64,000 nt of DNA, taken from positions 3,232,001-3,296,000 of the forward strand of contig OY730476.1 in NCBI GenBank assembly GCA_963422735.1. Reading direction: 5' to 3'. The notes under the pieces are model-generated. The model was given only the letters and a program-made list of their open reading frames with translations, was not told where the DNA came from and made no database searches. Position numbers and translations under genes: made by a program. Source of the stretch: Candidatus Latescibacterota bacterium (GTDB taxonomy: Bacteria; Latescibacterota; UBA2968; UBA8231). Shown here in pieces: positions 1 to 10,238 of the stretch. Position 1 is the stretch's first letter; every line of letters starts with the position of its first letter.

Positions 1-5
1 ACCAC

Positions 6-1070
6 ATGAACAGGGCTTGGTTGATCGCGGCGGCCGGCTACTTCTCAGCAATAGCCGTGCTGGTGAACGCCGTAGCGCCGAGTTGGGAATGGGTGGCCGC
101 GGCGATGCTGATGCGGGGCTTTGCCGTGTTCCACTTCCCGGCCTCATCGGCGCTCATCGCCGACTCCCTGTCCTCTGGGAACCGGGGTCGTGGGATGGCG
201 ACGATGGCCGGTCTGACCGGGGGCTTGGCGCTGTTCGCCCCGTTTGTCGCCGGCGTAGCCATTGACGCTTGGGGAGTTGACGCGGGGATGCGGATCCTCT
301 ACGTAGTGATGGGCTCGGCTTACGCCGCGGGAGCTACGATCAACCTGATCTTCATCCGCGAGACCCGAGAGCCACCAGCGGAAGCGGTGAGTGCCGCGAA
401 CCTCGGACAGACGCTACGCCGTTCTTACACTGGTATCCCGGCGCTGCTGCGGGGTTTCCCGCGATCGCTGCGGGCCGTGTCAGTGGTGATCACTTTGTGT
501 TTTATCGCCAACGGTGTGGCCAGCCCCTTCTGGGTGGTGTACGCGAAGACCCACATTGGGCTGACGGCTTCGCAGTGGGGGCTGATCTTGCTAGTAGAGT
601 TTGGCTTGCGGAACCTGACTACGGTTCCCGCGGGGTTCCTCACCGACCGCTTTGGACGCACGCGGTTTCTCATCGCCGCTTTGCTGGTCTCCGCCGCGAC
701 TCCACTGTATCTGTTGGCTGGCTCCTTTGGACTCGCGCTGGCGATCCGCTGTATCATCGCTGTGGCGGCGGCCTTTTTCAGCCCCGCTATGGGTGCCCTG
801 CTAGCCGACACCGTGCCCAGCGCAATCCGCGGCCGCGTGATGGCCGCCATTGGCCGAGGATCCGTGTCGATCGGCAGTGCCTCTGGAGGGACGGGTGGCC
901 CTGGGACCGGGTTCTTGACCACCCTACCACTGATGGCGGCGGCGCTCTGTGGTGGATTCCTCTACGCTTGGAGCCCGGCGACTCCGTTTCTCATCGTCTT
1001 TGGACTGACCATCGTCGCCTTGCTCGTGTTGGTCGCGTTCGTGCGGGATCCAAAAACGGCGGAGGCATAG
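6..1070 (+). CDS. MFS transporter (N-terminus probably lies upstream of the window)
   Basis: Many hydrophobic TM segments; MFS motif A-like GFLTDRFGRTR; ALIADS...RGR and LLADTVPSAIRGRVMA repeats. Confidence 0.85.
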   Translation: MNRAWLIAAAGYFSAIAVLVNAVAPSWEWVAAAMLMRGFAVFHFPASSALIADSLSSGNRGRGMATMAGLTGGLALFAPFVAGVAIDAWGVDAGMRILYVVMGSAYAAGATINLIFIRETREPPAEAVSAANLGQTLRRSYTGIPALLRGFPRSLRAVSVVITLCFIANGVASPFWVVYAKTHIGLTASQWGLILLVEFGLRNLTTVPAGFLTDRFGRTRFLIAALLVSAATPLYLLAGSFGLALAIRCIIAVAAAFFSPAMGALLADTVPSAIRGRVMAAIGRGSVSIGSASGGTGGPGTGFLTTLPLMAAALCGGFLYAWSPATPFLIVFGLTIVALLVLVAFVRDPKTAEA

Positions 1071-1196
1071 CTACTAGGTCGCGATTGACCCTTTGCAGGA
1101 GCGGGCGTACTATTCCCCGACCAACCCGTATTCCGCACGATCCGCACGAAATAGCTAGCAGGTGCCTGAGCAACTATGTCGAGGAAGGGAATCACT

Positions 1197-1718
1197 ATGT
1201 TTGAGCGGCCCGATTGGGACGAGTACTACATGCGCATCGCCATGGCCGTCCGGACGCGCGCCAACTGCACGGGCAACCGCATTGGGGCCATCTTGGTGCA
1301 GAACGACCGGATCATTTCGACCGGATACAACGGTACCCCTCACAATATGGTTAACTGCCTCGACGGCGGGTGCGACCGCTGTGCCCGCCGCGACCAATAC
1401 GCTTCGGGCAAGGACTACGATTTGTGCATCTGCGTCCACGCCGAGCAAAACGCGCTTTTGTCGGCGGCCCGCTTTGGGATCGCCACCGAAGGAGCGGTGC
1501 TGTATTCGACGATGCGGCCTTGTTTCGGCTGCGCCAAAGAAATCCTCCAAGCCAAGATACACGCGGTGTATTACCTACACGACTGGACCTATCCCGACCC
1601 CGAGCGGCAGACTAGCTACGAGGAACTGTTGTCGTTTGTACCCGGAGGAGTGCGGGCCGTGGCGATGGACGACCCGTACGCTGCTTGGGCTGTCTCCTCC
1701 TTGCGCCAAGACGAGTGA
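1197..1718 (+). CDS. dCMP deaminase (ComEB-like cytidine/deoxycytidylate deaminase)
   Basis: RPDWDEYYM start, STGYNGTP, HAEQNA and PCFGC zinc motifs; purine-rich RBS before ATG 1197. Confidence 0.9.
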   Translation: MFERPDWDEYYMRIAMAVRTRANCTGNRIGAILVQNDRIISTGYNGTPHNMVNCLDGGCDRCARRDQYASGKDYDLCICVHAEQNALLSAARFGIATEGAVLYSTMRPCFGCAKEILQAKIHAVYYLHDWTYPDPERQTSYEELLSFVPGGVRAVAMDDPYAAWAVSSLRQDE

Positions 1719-1720
1719 CG

Positions 1721-3163
1721 ATGAGGAGTGCTGCCTGGGCCGCGTGGGCGGGCCTGATGGTGGTGGAGGCTGTCGGCGCAGATCCGGTCGCCGTGGTGCC
1801 GGCGGGCTACAAGCCAACGCTCGACGGCATATTGGTCGAGTGGGGGGCACCCGAGCGCATCGGCCTAGTCCCTGGGGGGAAGCGAGTGGGTGTGCGCGGA
1901 GCCTTTACCGGCTCAGCAGACCACGAGGCCGACCTTTACCTGATGTGGGACGCCGACTACGTGTACGTGGCGGCCGCAGTAGTTGACGATACTGTAGATG
2001 CCCAACAGATTCCTCCCGACAAAAGCGAATGGCGCGGCCCATCCGGGGAGCGCAAGGACGCGATGTTTTACTACGATCACCTGAAAATTTTTTTGCGCGG
2101 CCCAGAGCAGCCCTTGGGGCATACCATTTGGCTGAGCCCGACCGACGGTACGCCCTATCTGTGGGGGGGCATGCAGCGCGAGAAGCCTACAGAGCGCGTG
2201 CCCGTAGAGGCCGGAGGGGCGCTGCGCGATCAACTCTACACCTTTGAAGTGGGCATTCCCTGGCGCTGGTTGGGCCTCTATCCCCAGCCTGACATAGTGC
2301 TCGACGCACTCTTCCTGCTGCCAGATTCCGACCAGCCCACCGAGGCACTGCGCAATAAGGTGCGGCAGAGCAACAAGTGGATCTGGTGGCAGGGCAAGGT
2401 GCAGCTCAAGGGGCAGCCCCCCGGGTTGCGTCAGCCTCCCAAGGCGCAGGTCATTGCGGAGATCGCGGAGAAGACTCGGGAGATTACCGTGCCTAAAGTA
2501 GTGGCCCGGGAGGAACAGGACGGGCAGGGTTCGGTTGTAGTTGAGCAAGCCCTGGGCGAACAGGAAAGAATCATAGCTGAAGCGGACAGCGGAGATTCTG
2601 GCACAGTAACGGCCGAGAGAAGGTCACAAGAGACCGTGAAAACTGCGTCGGTGCCGGCGCTTAGGTCGCGGCTGCACAGGTCGTTGTTGGCGAAGAGGCA
2701 TCCGGCGCCGGATTGGGTGCGGGTGCTCAATGACGACGAGGGGGTGTCCCTAGGCCAAGTCGATTCTCTCTATCATAGACTGACCCACTCGCTGGCGCGC
2801 CTGAGCGCGGACCGCATTAATGCCCGCACTGACGGACTGGTCATGGACCTAGCTGAATATGCGGGGACTTGGCGGGCGCAGGCGCGGCATTTCTTGCAAA
2901 AACTGCTGGCCAAGACGCTTGCCGACCTAGAGCAGGGGCGGCTGCAGGAGCAGATTGCGAGAGCGGCCGCAAAGGTCGGCGTGGACAGCGACAAAGCCTC
3001 CCGCTTGGTGCAATCGCTCTGCCGCGAGACTCTAAAGATCTACGCCGAGGGCAAGGTCGCTCATTCCGAAACCCTAGTCGACAAAGCGCGGCGGCAAGCC
3101 AAACTCTCCGAGGGGCCGGCGCGTGACCTGCTGGCGGTGCTGGCGGCAGCTATACCCCGATAA
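1721..3163 (+). CDS. Secreted protein with N-terminal CBM9/DOMON-like sugar-binding domain and helical C-terminal region
   Basis: Signal-like N-terminus; PTLDG..EWG, LYLMWDADYVYVAAAVVDD and YTFEVGIPW are CBM9-like motifs; low-complexity linker then helical tail. Confidence 0.6.
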   Translation: MRSAAWAAWAGLMVVEAVGADPVAVVPAGYKPTLDGILVEWGAPERIGLVPGGKRVGVRGAFTGSADHEADLYLMWDADYVYVAAAVVDDTVDAQQIPPDKSEWRGPSGERKDAMFYYDHLKIFLRGPEQPLGHTIWLSPTDGTPYLWGGMQREKPTERVPVEAGGALRDQLYTFEVGIPWRWLGLYPQPDIVLDALFLLPDSDQPTEALRNKVRQSNKWIWWQGKVQLKGQPPGLRQPPKAQVIAEIAEKTREITVPKVVAREEQDGQGSVVVEQALGEQERIIAEADSGDSGTVTAERRSQETVKTASVPALRSRLHRSLLAKRHPAPDWVRVLNDDEGVSLGQVDSLYHRLTHSLARLSADRINARTDGLVMDLAEYAGTWRAQARHFLQKLLAKTLADLEQGRLQEQIARAAAKVGVDSDKASRLVQSLCRETLKIYAEGKVAHSETLVDKARRQAKLSEGPARDLLAVLAAAIPR

Positions 3164-3166
3164 ATT

Positions 3167-4216
3167 ATGCCCGTATTGTCCATCGAACACTTGCGCCAAG
3201 TCGGCGCAGCCATTTTCGCGGCAGCCGGCGCACCACCCGCGGCAGCCGATGTCGTCGCCAAGCTGCTAGCCGACGCCAATGCCGTGGGGCACGACTCACA
3301 CGGCGTCATCCGCATTCCTCAATACATAACCACCATCGAAAAGGGGGAGATCGTTCCCCACGCCGAAGTCGAAGTTGTGCGCCAGACCGCGGCCGCGGCC
3401 GTGCTCGACGGGCACTGGGGATTTGGCCAAGTGGTGATGAACCAAGCGGTGGAGACGGGCTTAGAGTGCGCTGGCAACTGCGGGGTCGCGGCCATAACCG
3501 TCAAAAACTCCAACCACATCGGTCGCCTTGGCAGCTATGTGGAGCGCGTCGCCGAGGCGAATATGATCGGCCTGTTGTGCGCCAACTCGCACGGCGGCGG
3601 TGCCAGCGTGGCTCCTTGGGGTGGCATAGCCGGGCGCTTGGGCACCAACCCGCTGGCGGCCGGCTGGCCCGACGGAGAAGGCGGAGCACTCGTGCTGGAC
3701 ATCACGACCAGCGTGGTGGCCGAGGGCAAGGTGCGGGTCAAGCGGAATCGCGGCGAGTCGGTTCCCGAGGGGTGGATCATCGACGCGGCTGGCCGACCAT
3801 CGACCGATGCCGCGGACTTTTACGACGAGCCGCGCGGCAGCCTCTTGCCCTTTGGCGGCCTCATGGGCCACAAGGGCTACGGACTCGGGGTGGTGGTGGA
3901 GCTGTTGGGCGGGGCGCTGAGTGGGGCGGGTTGTGCGCGGGGCCGGAAGGCGCGGATCGGCAACGGCTGCTTCCTACTGGTCATCGACATTGGGTGCTTT
4001 CAGCCGTTAGCCGAGTACGCGGCCCGAGTGCGGGCGTACGCGGCCTATCTACGGGCCTCGCCCAAGGCCGCGGGCGTCGCCGCCGTTTTGCTGCCGGGAG
4101 AGTTGGAAAAGCGCGAGCGACAGCGGCGACAGTCCGGCGTGGTCGTCGAGGAAGAAACTTGGCGACAAATCCTAGATTGCTCACGCCGGGTCGGTGCTGC
4201 CCTACCAAGCGTTTAG
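3167..4216 (+). CDS. Ldh_2 family (malate/L-lactate/ureidoglycolate-type) oxidoreductase
   Basis: GHDSHG, NSNHIGRLG, LGTNPLA, LDITTS and GHKGYGL family motifs. Confidence 0.9.
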   Translation: MPVLSIEHLRQVGAAIFAAAGAPPAAADVVAKLLADANAVGHDSHGVIRIPQYITTIEKGEIVPHAEVEVVRQTAAAAVLDGHWGFGQVVMNQAVETGLECAGNCGVAAITVKNSNHIGRLGSYVERVAEANMIGLLCANSHGGGASVAPWGGIAGRLGTNPLAAGWPDGEGGALVLDITTSVVAEGKVRVKRNRGESVPEGWIIDAAGRPSTDAADFYDEPRGSLLPFGGLMGHKGYGLGVVVELLGGALSGAGCARGRKARIGNGCFLLVIDIGCFQPLAEYAARVRAYAAYLRASPKAAGVAAVLLPGELEKRERQRRQSGVVVEEETWRQILDCSRRVGAALPSV

Positions 4217-4234
4217 CACAGGGAGCCTTAGTTA

Positions 4235-4852
<618 letters not shown>

Positions 4853-4863
<11 letters not shown>

Positions 4864-5539
4864 GCATATCGCGCAGTATGTCGATTTCCCGATTGTTGAG
4901 CCCGCTATCGACGACATTGGTCTGGGTTTCGGCGATATACGTGGCCGAGACCACGCGGGCGAATTCGACAAAGCCCTTGATCCCCTGCTTGTCGTTGGGA
5001 TCCCGTATCACCAAGGCGCGATAGCGGCCGGTGTCCATAGCATAGACATCTAGTATCTCCAAGCCCATGTCGATTTTATGCTCGGACGTGCGGCTGATCC
5101 CCAAGTTCGCTATTAACCCAATGACCGGCTCCAGCGCCTCTTGGAGCGTTTGTGGGTTGATCTGTCCGACTTAGAGCATATTCGCTATGCTGGTCGAGCG
5201 AGCGATGATGGTGCGCGTGGAGAACGCCGCGGTAGCTTGCACCTGATCCATGCGGGCAGCGGCAGCGCGCACTTGGCGGCGGATCATCGGGCGTTTGCGT
5301 TGGGGGATCTTGCGCAGCTCCAGTGCCTTGGTCAGGCGCGGTTGGCGTTTGACGAATTTGGTGGTTAGCGGCCGGGGCACTTTTTCGGCCTGCTGCTGGA
5401 AGGGGTTGAGCACGACCAAGATCGCGTTCAGCAGTACGGCGATCCCCAGCGACAGCCAGAAAAACTTGCGCAGCGGGCTGAGCAGAGCATTGAGGTCCAA
5501 GCGAGCGGTGGTGTGCACAAAACGCGACGGTCGGTTCAT
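4853..5539 (-). pseudogene. Truncated membrane-anchored protein (resembles N-terminal part of DUF4159-type proteins)
   Basis: ORFs 5171-5539 and 4784-5104 share one frame separated by a single TAA; PLTTKFVKRQPRLTKALELRKIP and MDTGRYRALVIRDP..KGFV motifs; the similarity ends at ILRDMLNEW where it meets the ALS remnant. Confidence 0.6.
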
Positions 5540-5892
5540 AGGTCGTTATCCGGCCTGATTGATCCGCACGAGACGGCCCTGTGCTTGAGGTGGCCCGTTC
5601 AAATCGTACTGCCTTCGGGATTTTCCTAAGTAACTGACGGTAAGCACCTTAAGACCGCTTGCGGTTCATGTCCAAGCGGATTGAGCTCCCTCCCGGCCTC
5701 ATTTAAGTCCGCCGCGGCCCCTCGGTCATGCCTGCGCTCCCCTTTGCGGAAGCAAGACCAGCAGGCCTCGACAACACCGGGCCGGTCCCATCGACTCACC
5801 GGACGCGCTGAGTCTGCATGTCACGCCTTCGAGGACATGACGACGGACGGGCGACCAGACGCTGCATCAGGGCCCGTAACGTCAAGAAGTAA

Positions 5893-6111
5893 TATAGAAA
5901 GTGTATTGGAGGGAATCCGTTCGGCTTCTCTGCTCTAGACATCAAAGTCTATCACATGGGTGCAAAAGCTTGTCGATGGGCCGATACTCGATCGAGCCGA
6001 ATGGCTGCCGCATTGCAACCGCGGCGGCAGCCGAATCACACGGCCTTGCATGATGCTGAGTACCAAGCGGAACTATTCCGGCTCATCCGAGCGCAAGTGA
6101 TGGCCAAATAG
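5893..6111 (+). pseudogene. C-terminal half of a DEDDh 3'-5' exonuclease (Cap18-like)
   Basis: Not in the ORF track; manual translation gives GGNPFGFSALDIKVYHMGAKACRWADTRSSRM...HTALHDAEYQAELFRLIR* with ExoIII HxAxxDA; upstream TAA at 5890 and ExoI/II missing. Confidence 0.7.
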
Positions 6112-6214
6112 CCGAATGTGCGAGTTTGGTGCCGCCCACTCGTAGCCCGGTTCGATATAGCCGACTTCAGCCGCTCATCTTGATCGCCGCGTTCTCTTTC
6201 CCTAGATTTTCATT

Positions 6215-6274
6215 CGACAATTGGACGCTCTCTTAACCGACAATTGGACGCTTCTCTAATCGACAAATGGACGC
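6215..6274 (+). repeat. Tandem 23-bp direct repeats (2 full + 1 partial) overlapping the ATPase start codon
   Basis: CGACAATTGGACGCTCTCTTAAC / CGACAATTGGACGCTTCTCTAAT / CGACAAATGGACGC; the third copy contains ATG 6267. Confidence 0.9.
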
Positions 6275-7514
6275 CGACCGTTCCCTGTTTCCCCGCTCGC
6301 TGGCACCCGTCCTCCAAGAGGCTTTGGCCGACACGCCGGTGGTCTGTCTGCTTGGGCCGCGGCAAAGCGGAAAAACTACGCTCGTGCAGCAACTCGCGCC
6401 TGACCGTGCGTTCGTCAGCTTAGACGAGCACAACTACTACCAGACCGCCGGGGCTGACCCGGACGGTTTCGTCGCCAGCCTACCGGAGGCGGTGACCTTG
6501 GACGAAGTGCAACGGGTACCAGCCCTGCTCTCGGCCATCAAACGCGCCGTGGATCAGGACCGCCGTCCCGGGCGTTTCCTGCTGACCGGATCGGCCAATC
6601 TATTGCTGGTGCCGACCGTTACCGAATCTCTGGCGGGTCGGATGGAAATAGCGCAGTTGCACCCATTGACCGAATCAGAAAAAGCGCGCCAGCCCGGGTG
6701 CTTCCTCAGCGACCTGTTGAACGGCACGCTCAAACCGGGTATCCGGCCCGAGGCGGAGCCTGCCGGACCATCGCTGCCGGAGCGACTGGTAGCCGGCGGC
6801 TATCCCGAGCCGCTGACTCGCACACCTAGCCGAGCCCGGCAGTGGCACCGGCAGTATCTACTCAGCATTATCGAGCGGGATGTGCAAGACGTGGCGCGGG
6901 TAAGGGATGCCCATGAGTTGGCGCGTCTGCTGGAGCTGTTGGCCCTGCGCAGTGCCGAACTATTGAACACCTGCAATCTGGCCAACAGCCTCGGCCTGCA
7001 CCGGGCGACAGTAGATCACTACATCGCCGTGCTCGAACGGCTCTTTCTAGTGCGACGCCTGCCCGCGTGGCACCGCAACCCGGCCAAACGACTCGTCAAA
7101 ACACCGAAGGTCCATCTGCTCGATAGTGGGCTGGCGACGACCCTCGCCGACCTGACTGCGACCGATTGGCTCAACCATCGGGACCGTATGGGACATCTGT
7201 TGGAATCGTTCGCAGTGCAGCAACTCATGGCCCAAGCCACGTGGACAGAGCCGGATTTGCGTTTCTGGCACTATCGCGACAAGGATCAGGTGGAGGTCGA
7301 TGTAGTCCTTACTCGGGGCCGGAAGACTTGGGGTATTGAAGTCAAGGCCGCCGGTGCATTCACTCCCAAAGACGGGCAAGGGCTTATGCGGCTAGCCGAT
7401 CGCTGCGGCGAGGATTTCGAGTTTGGGGTGTTGCTCTACGCCGGTCGTGCCCGACTCCCGTTGGCCGACGAGCGCATACTAGCCGTGCCGCTGAGCGAAT
7501 TGTGGGAGCAGTAG
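6267..7514 (+). CDS. AAA_14 ATPase with DUF4143 / C-terminal PD-(D/E)xK-like domain
   Basis: Walker A GPRQSGKTT, Walker B LDEVQR, LTGSA, ESLAGR, KRLVKTPKVHLLDSGL, HYRDKDQVEVD, IEVK. Confidence 0.9.
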   Translation: MDADRSLFPRSLAPVLQEALADTPVVCLLGPRQSGKTTLVQQLAPDRAFVSLDEHNYYQTAGADPDGFVASLPEAVTLDEVQRVPALLSAIKRAVDQDRRPGRFLLTGSANLLLVPTVTESLAGRMEIAQLHPLTESEKARQPGCFLSDLLNGTLKPGIRPEAEPAGPSLPERLVAGGYPEPLTRTPSRARQWHRQYLLSIIERDVQDVARVRDAHELARLLELLALRSAELLNTCNLANSLGLHRATVDHYIAVLERLFLVRRLPAWHRNPAKRLVKTPKVHLLDSGLATTLADLTATDWLNHRDRMGHLLESFAVQQLMAQATWTEPDLRFWHYRDKDQVEVDVVLTRGRKTWGIEVKAAGAFTPKDGQGLMRLADRCGEDFEFGVLLYAGRARLPLADERILAVPLSELWEQ

Positions 7515-7672
7515 GGCGTGAACCTGCGGACTTTTGTACATTCTATGGGGCAGGAATCGGTGCGTGGCCGCCCGCTGCTTGGGCCGTGGTAGCTTGAGCA
7601 CGACGCTTGAGGTCGCTCCCCTGAGGAGATCGAGAACCGACGAAATAGATGGGAACGCCCAAGTGCTAAAGA

Positions 7673-8047
7673 ACGGAACTGCTGCGCCCAGATGCGCCGT
7701 CCATGTTTCTATTGCAGCAACCCGAAGTGCATCTGCACCCCAGTGCCCAAGCCGCCTTGGGTAACCTTTTCTGCCAAGTCGCCAAGCCAGAGCGCCAATT
7801 AGTAGTCGAGACCCACAGCGACCACCTGCTCGACCGGGTGCGGATGGATGTGCGCGACGGCACGACACGGTTGAAGCCCGAGGATGTGTCCATTTTTTTC
7901 TTTGAGCGCGGCGACTTGGATGTGCATATTTACTCACTGCGAATCGACGAGGAGGGCAATATCGGAGGCGCACCCGGTAGCTACCGCAGGTTTTTTATGG
8001 AAGAGGTAGCGAGGTCTCTGTGGAAGAGACAATCTATAGGGACCTGA
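7673..8047 (+). pseudogene. C-terminal fragment of an ABC/AAA ATPase with DUF3696-like tail
   Basis: LLQQPEVHLHPSAQ (Walker B/D-loop), VVETHSDHLLDRVR (H-loop), IDEEGNI..AP..YRRFF; no Walker A or N-terminal half. Confidence 0.75.
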
Positions 8048-8321
8048 AGAATGTGTGCAATTCCTTCGACTCGATTGGGATACGGGGACTGGTCGGCACC
8101 ATAGAAGAGATGGCCTCGGAGATCGCACGGATGCACGCGGTGCCAACCTATTACAAAGAGACGTTGAGCAGGGTTGACGCCTATCACCGACGCTACAATC
8201 GCCAGATGAACCTCGGCCGCTGATTGCAAGACGCCATGGAATATCTCTGTAGAAAGCGGGAGCGATAGTCGCAGTTCTCCACGCTCATAAGTAGTGAGTC
8301 TCTTTGAAAAGTACCCACAAG

Positions 8322-8368
8322 GCTTCACCTCGATCGTCCTGTCCAAAGGCAGGGTGAAGCAGGCGCGA
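8322..8368 (-). repeat. 47-bp nested-hairpin element; second copy at 27223-27269
   Basis: Reverse complement TCGCGCCTGCTTCACCCTGCCTTTGGACAGGACGATCGAGGTGAAGC differs at 5 of 47 positions from 27223-27269; outer stem GCTTCACC/GGTGAAGC. Confidence 0.8.
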
Positions 8369-8560
8369 CCATCGCAGCCCGATCAATTTTATGGTCCATC
8401 TCATCGGCGGATTAATTGCCTACTGCCACCAACCTAAAAAACCGTCCCTAAAAATCGACGGATCACTCCAAGTAGAGGCCGCTTAACCCGAACTCACATT
8501 GTACAACAAGCACTTGTAACGTTTTTAGTCGCCGTTCTGGTACCAGAAACAATCAACGAC

Positions 8561-10084
8561 ATGCCCTGCTCGCCCGCGGATCGCATCGCCATACTCGCCC
8601 TCCTTTCAATCGGGGGATGCGGCGAAGTGCGGCAAGAACCGCCAACAGGCGATCCACTGCTCGCGGTGGGGAGGGCCTATTTGGATCAGGGCCAGTACGA
8701 CCAAGCCGCGGCCGTGTACCAAGAGGCCGTCCGCCTCGATTCGCTGTCCCGCGACGCTCATTTTTACTTAGGCTTGGCGCATTTGCAGCGCAAGAGCACG
8801 GCTGCGGCCGCGCTCTTTGCACGGGCCATTGCACTGGATTCGACGTATATTCCTTCCTACCACAACTTGGCCATCGCCCACCTCGAAGCAGGCCGCTACT
8901 CGCAAGCTATAGAGGCGGTAGAAGCCGCGTTGCGCTTCGATCCCCAATCGCCTAGCTCCTATCGCCTGTTGGCCTTCTTGCACAAGGAGCAGGGGCGATA
9001 CGAGCGCGCCGAAGAGGCCCTGCTAAGGGCGCTTTACATCGCCCCAAAAGATGTGGAAGCGCGGCAGGCCCTAGCCTTGCTCTACAGCCAACAGGGCCGC
9101 ACTGAGCGTGCGGAAGAAGTTTTGGTGGAAGCGGTCGAGTTGGCGCCAGAGCGAAAAGAAATCTGGCGGGACATGGGAAGGCTCTTATTAAACGAGAAGC
9201 GGTACGACGAAGCAGCGCAGGCGCTCAACCGGGCCGTAGCGCTTGACGCCAACTACGGCGCGGCGTACCACGACTTGGCGAATTTGTATTCGGCTCAGGG
9301 CCGCTACGACGAAGCCGAAGCCATGCTCGTGCGCCTAGAAGGGTTATTCGACTTGGCAGATCGGGAAGAGACTTTGGAAAAGGTGCTGGAGAGAGATCCC
9401 GGCAATGTGGAGGCGCGGTTGGCTCTGGGCCGAGCGCAGACGCGCTTGGGGCGCTACGCAGACGCGCTGAGCACGTACAAGGACGTACTCAGCCGCGAAC
9501 CCGAACACGTTGACGCGTTGGCTACGGTGGTCCAGCTCCACCTGCGGCAGGGCGATGTCGAGCGCGCCGCGCACTTGGCCGGCAAAATCGCTGCGTACGA
9601 GCCTCGGGGCCGGCGTGCGCCTGAAGCGCATTTTACCATGGGATTTGCCCATGTCCAAAAGCAGCGTTGGGCCGAAGCCGAAGCCGCGTTTTCTCGCGCC
9701 TTGGACATCGACGCTTGCTACGCCAAGGCGCACAATGCTTTGGGCAATGTCTATGCCTTGCGGGGCGACTTGGAAAAAGCCATTAGCACTTATCGGGCCG
9801 CCCTCGATTGCGACGCCGAGCTGCGCGACGCGTACTACGGATTGGGCATGGCCTTGGCTCGGCGCGAGTCCTTGGCGGAAGCCATCGCTCAGTTCGAGGA
9901 AGTCGTGCGGCGCGATTCCACTCATGCGCGCTCCCACTACGCGCTGGGCCAAGCCTACGAAAAACAGGGCGCGGCCTCGGCCGCACGCCTCGCCTACGGG
10001 GCCTTTGTCCGGCACTGGCGCGGTGACGAGAAGGTGCTGGCGGCGGCTCAAAGCCGCATTGCACACTTGCAACCCCCCCAATAG
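8561..10084 (+). CDS. Tetratricopeptide-repeat protein, probable lipoprotein
   Basis: Hydrophobic N-terminus ending SIGGC; many 34-aa TPR units (e.g. AYHDLANLYSAQGRYDEAE, AHNALGNVYALRGDLEKAI). Confidence 0.9.
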   Translation: MPCSPADRIAILALLSIGGCGEVRQEPPTGDPLLAVGRAYLDQGQYDQAAAVYQEAVRLDSLSRDAHFYLGLAHLQRKSTAAAALFARAIALDSTYIPSYHNLAIAHLEAGRYSQAIEAVEAALRFDPQSPSSYRLLAFLHKEQGRYERAEEALLRALYIAPKDVEARQALALLYSQQGRTERAEEVLVEAVELAPERKEIWRDMGRLLLNEKRYDEAAQALNRAVALDANYGAAYHDLANLYSAQGRYDEAEAMLVRLEGLFDLADREETLEKVLERDPGNVEARLALGRAQTRLGRYADALSTYKDVLSREPEHVDALATVVQLHLRQGDVERAAHLAGKIAAYEPRGRRAPEAHFTMGFAHVQKQRWAEAEAAFSRALDIDACYAKAHNALGNVYALRGDLEKAISTYRAALDCDAELRDAYYGLGMALARRESLAEAIAQFEEVVRRDSTHARSHYALGQAYEKQGAASAARLAYGAFVRHWRGDEKVLAAAQSRIAHLQPPQ

Positions 10085-10238
10085 ATTTACAATCGCACAG
10101 AGAAAGGAGGTCGTTGCCTAAGTAAGTGCAGTGAAACGTCCCACTTGCGGCCGTCAGGCCGTGCAACGAAAGCGTTTTTTATTTTTATACTAGATATATG
10201 CCCCGCCGTGGCGGGCGTTTTAACTAAAACCAAGGAGG

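Noticed and set aside
5681-5938. 85-aa ORF in the decayed region
   Set aside because: No RBS or recognisable motif, atypical composition, and it overlaps the exonuclease remnant
6215-6274. Possible mini CRISPR array
   Set aside because: The period is only 23 bp, the inter-core segments are 9 bp and similar to each other, and there are no cas genes; kept as tandem operator-like repeats
10124-10146. AAGTG-N13-CACTT inverted repeat upstream of the envelope operon, with a weaker look-alike near 5628
   Set aside because: Short arms and only one imperfect second instance; cannot be assigned as an operator or riboswitch from this window
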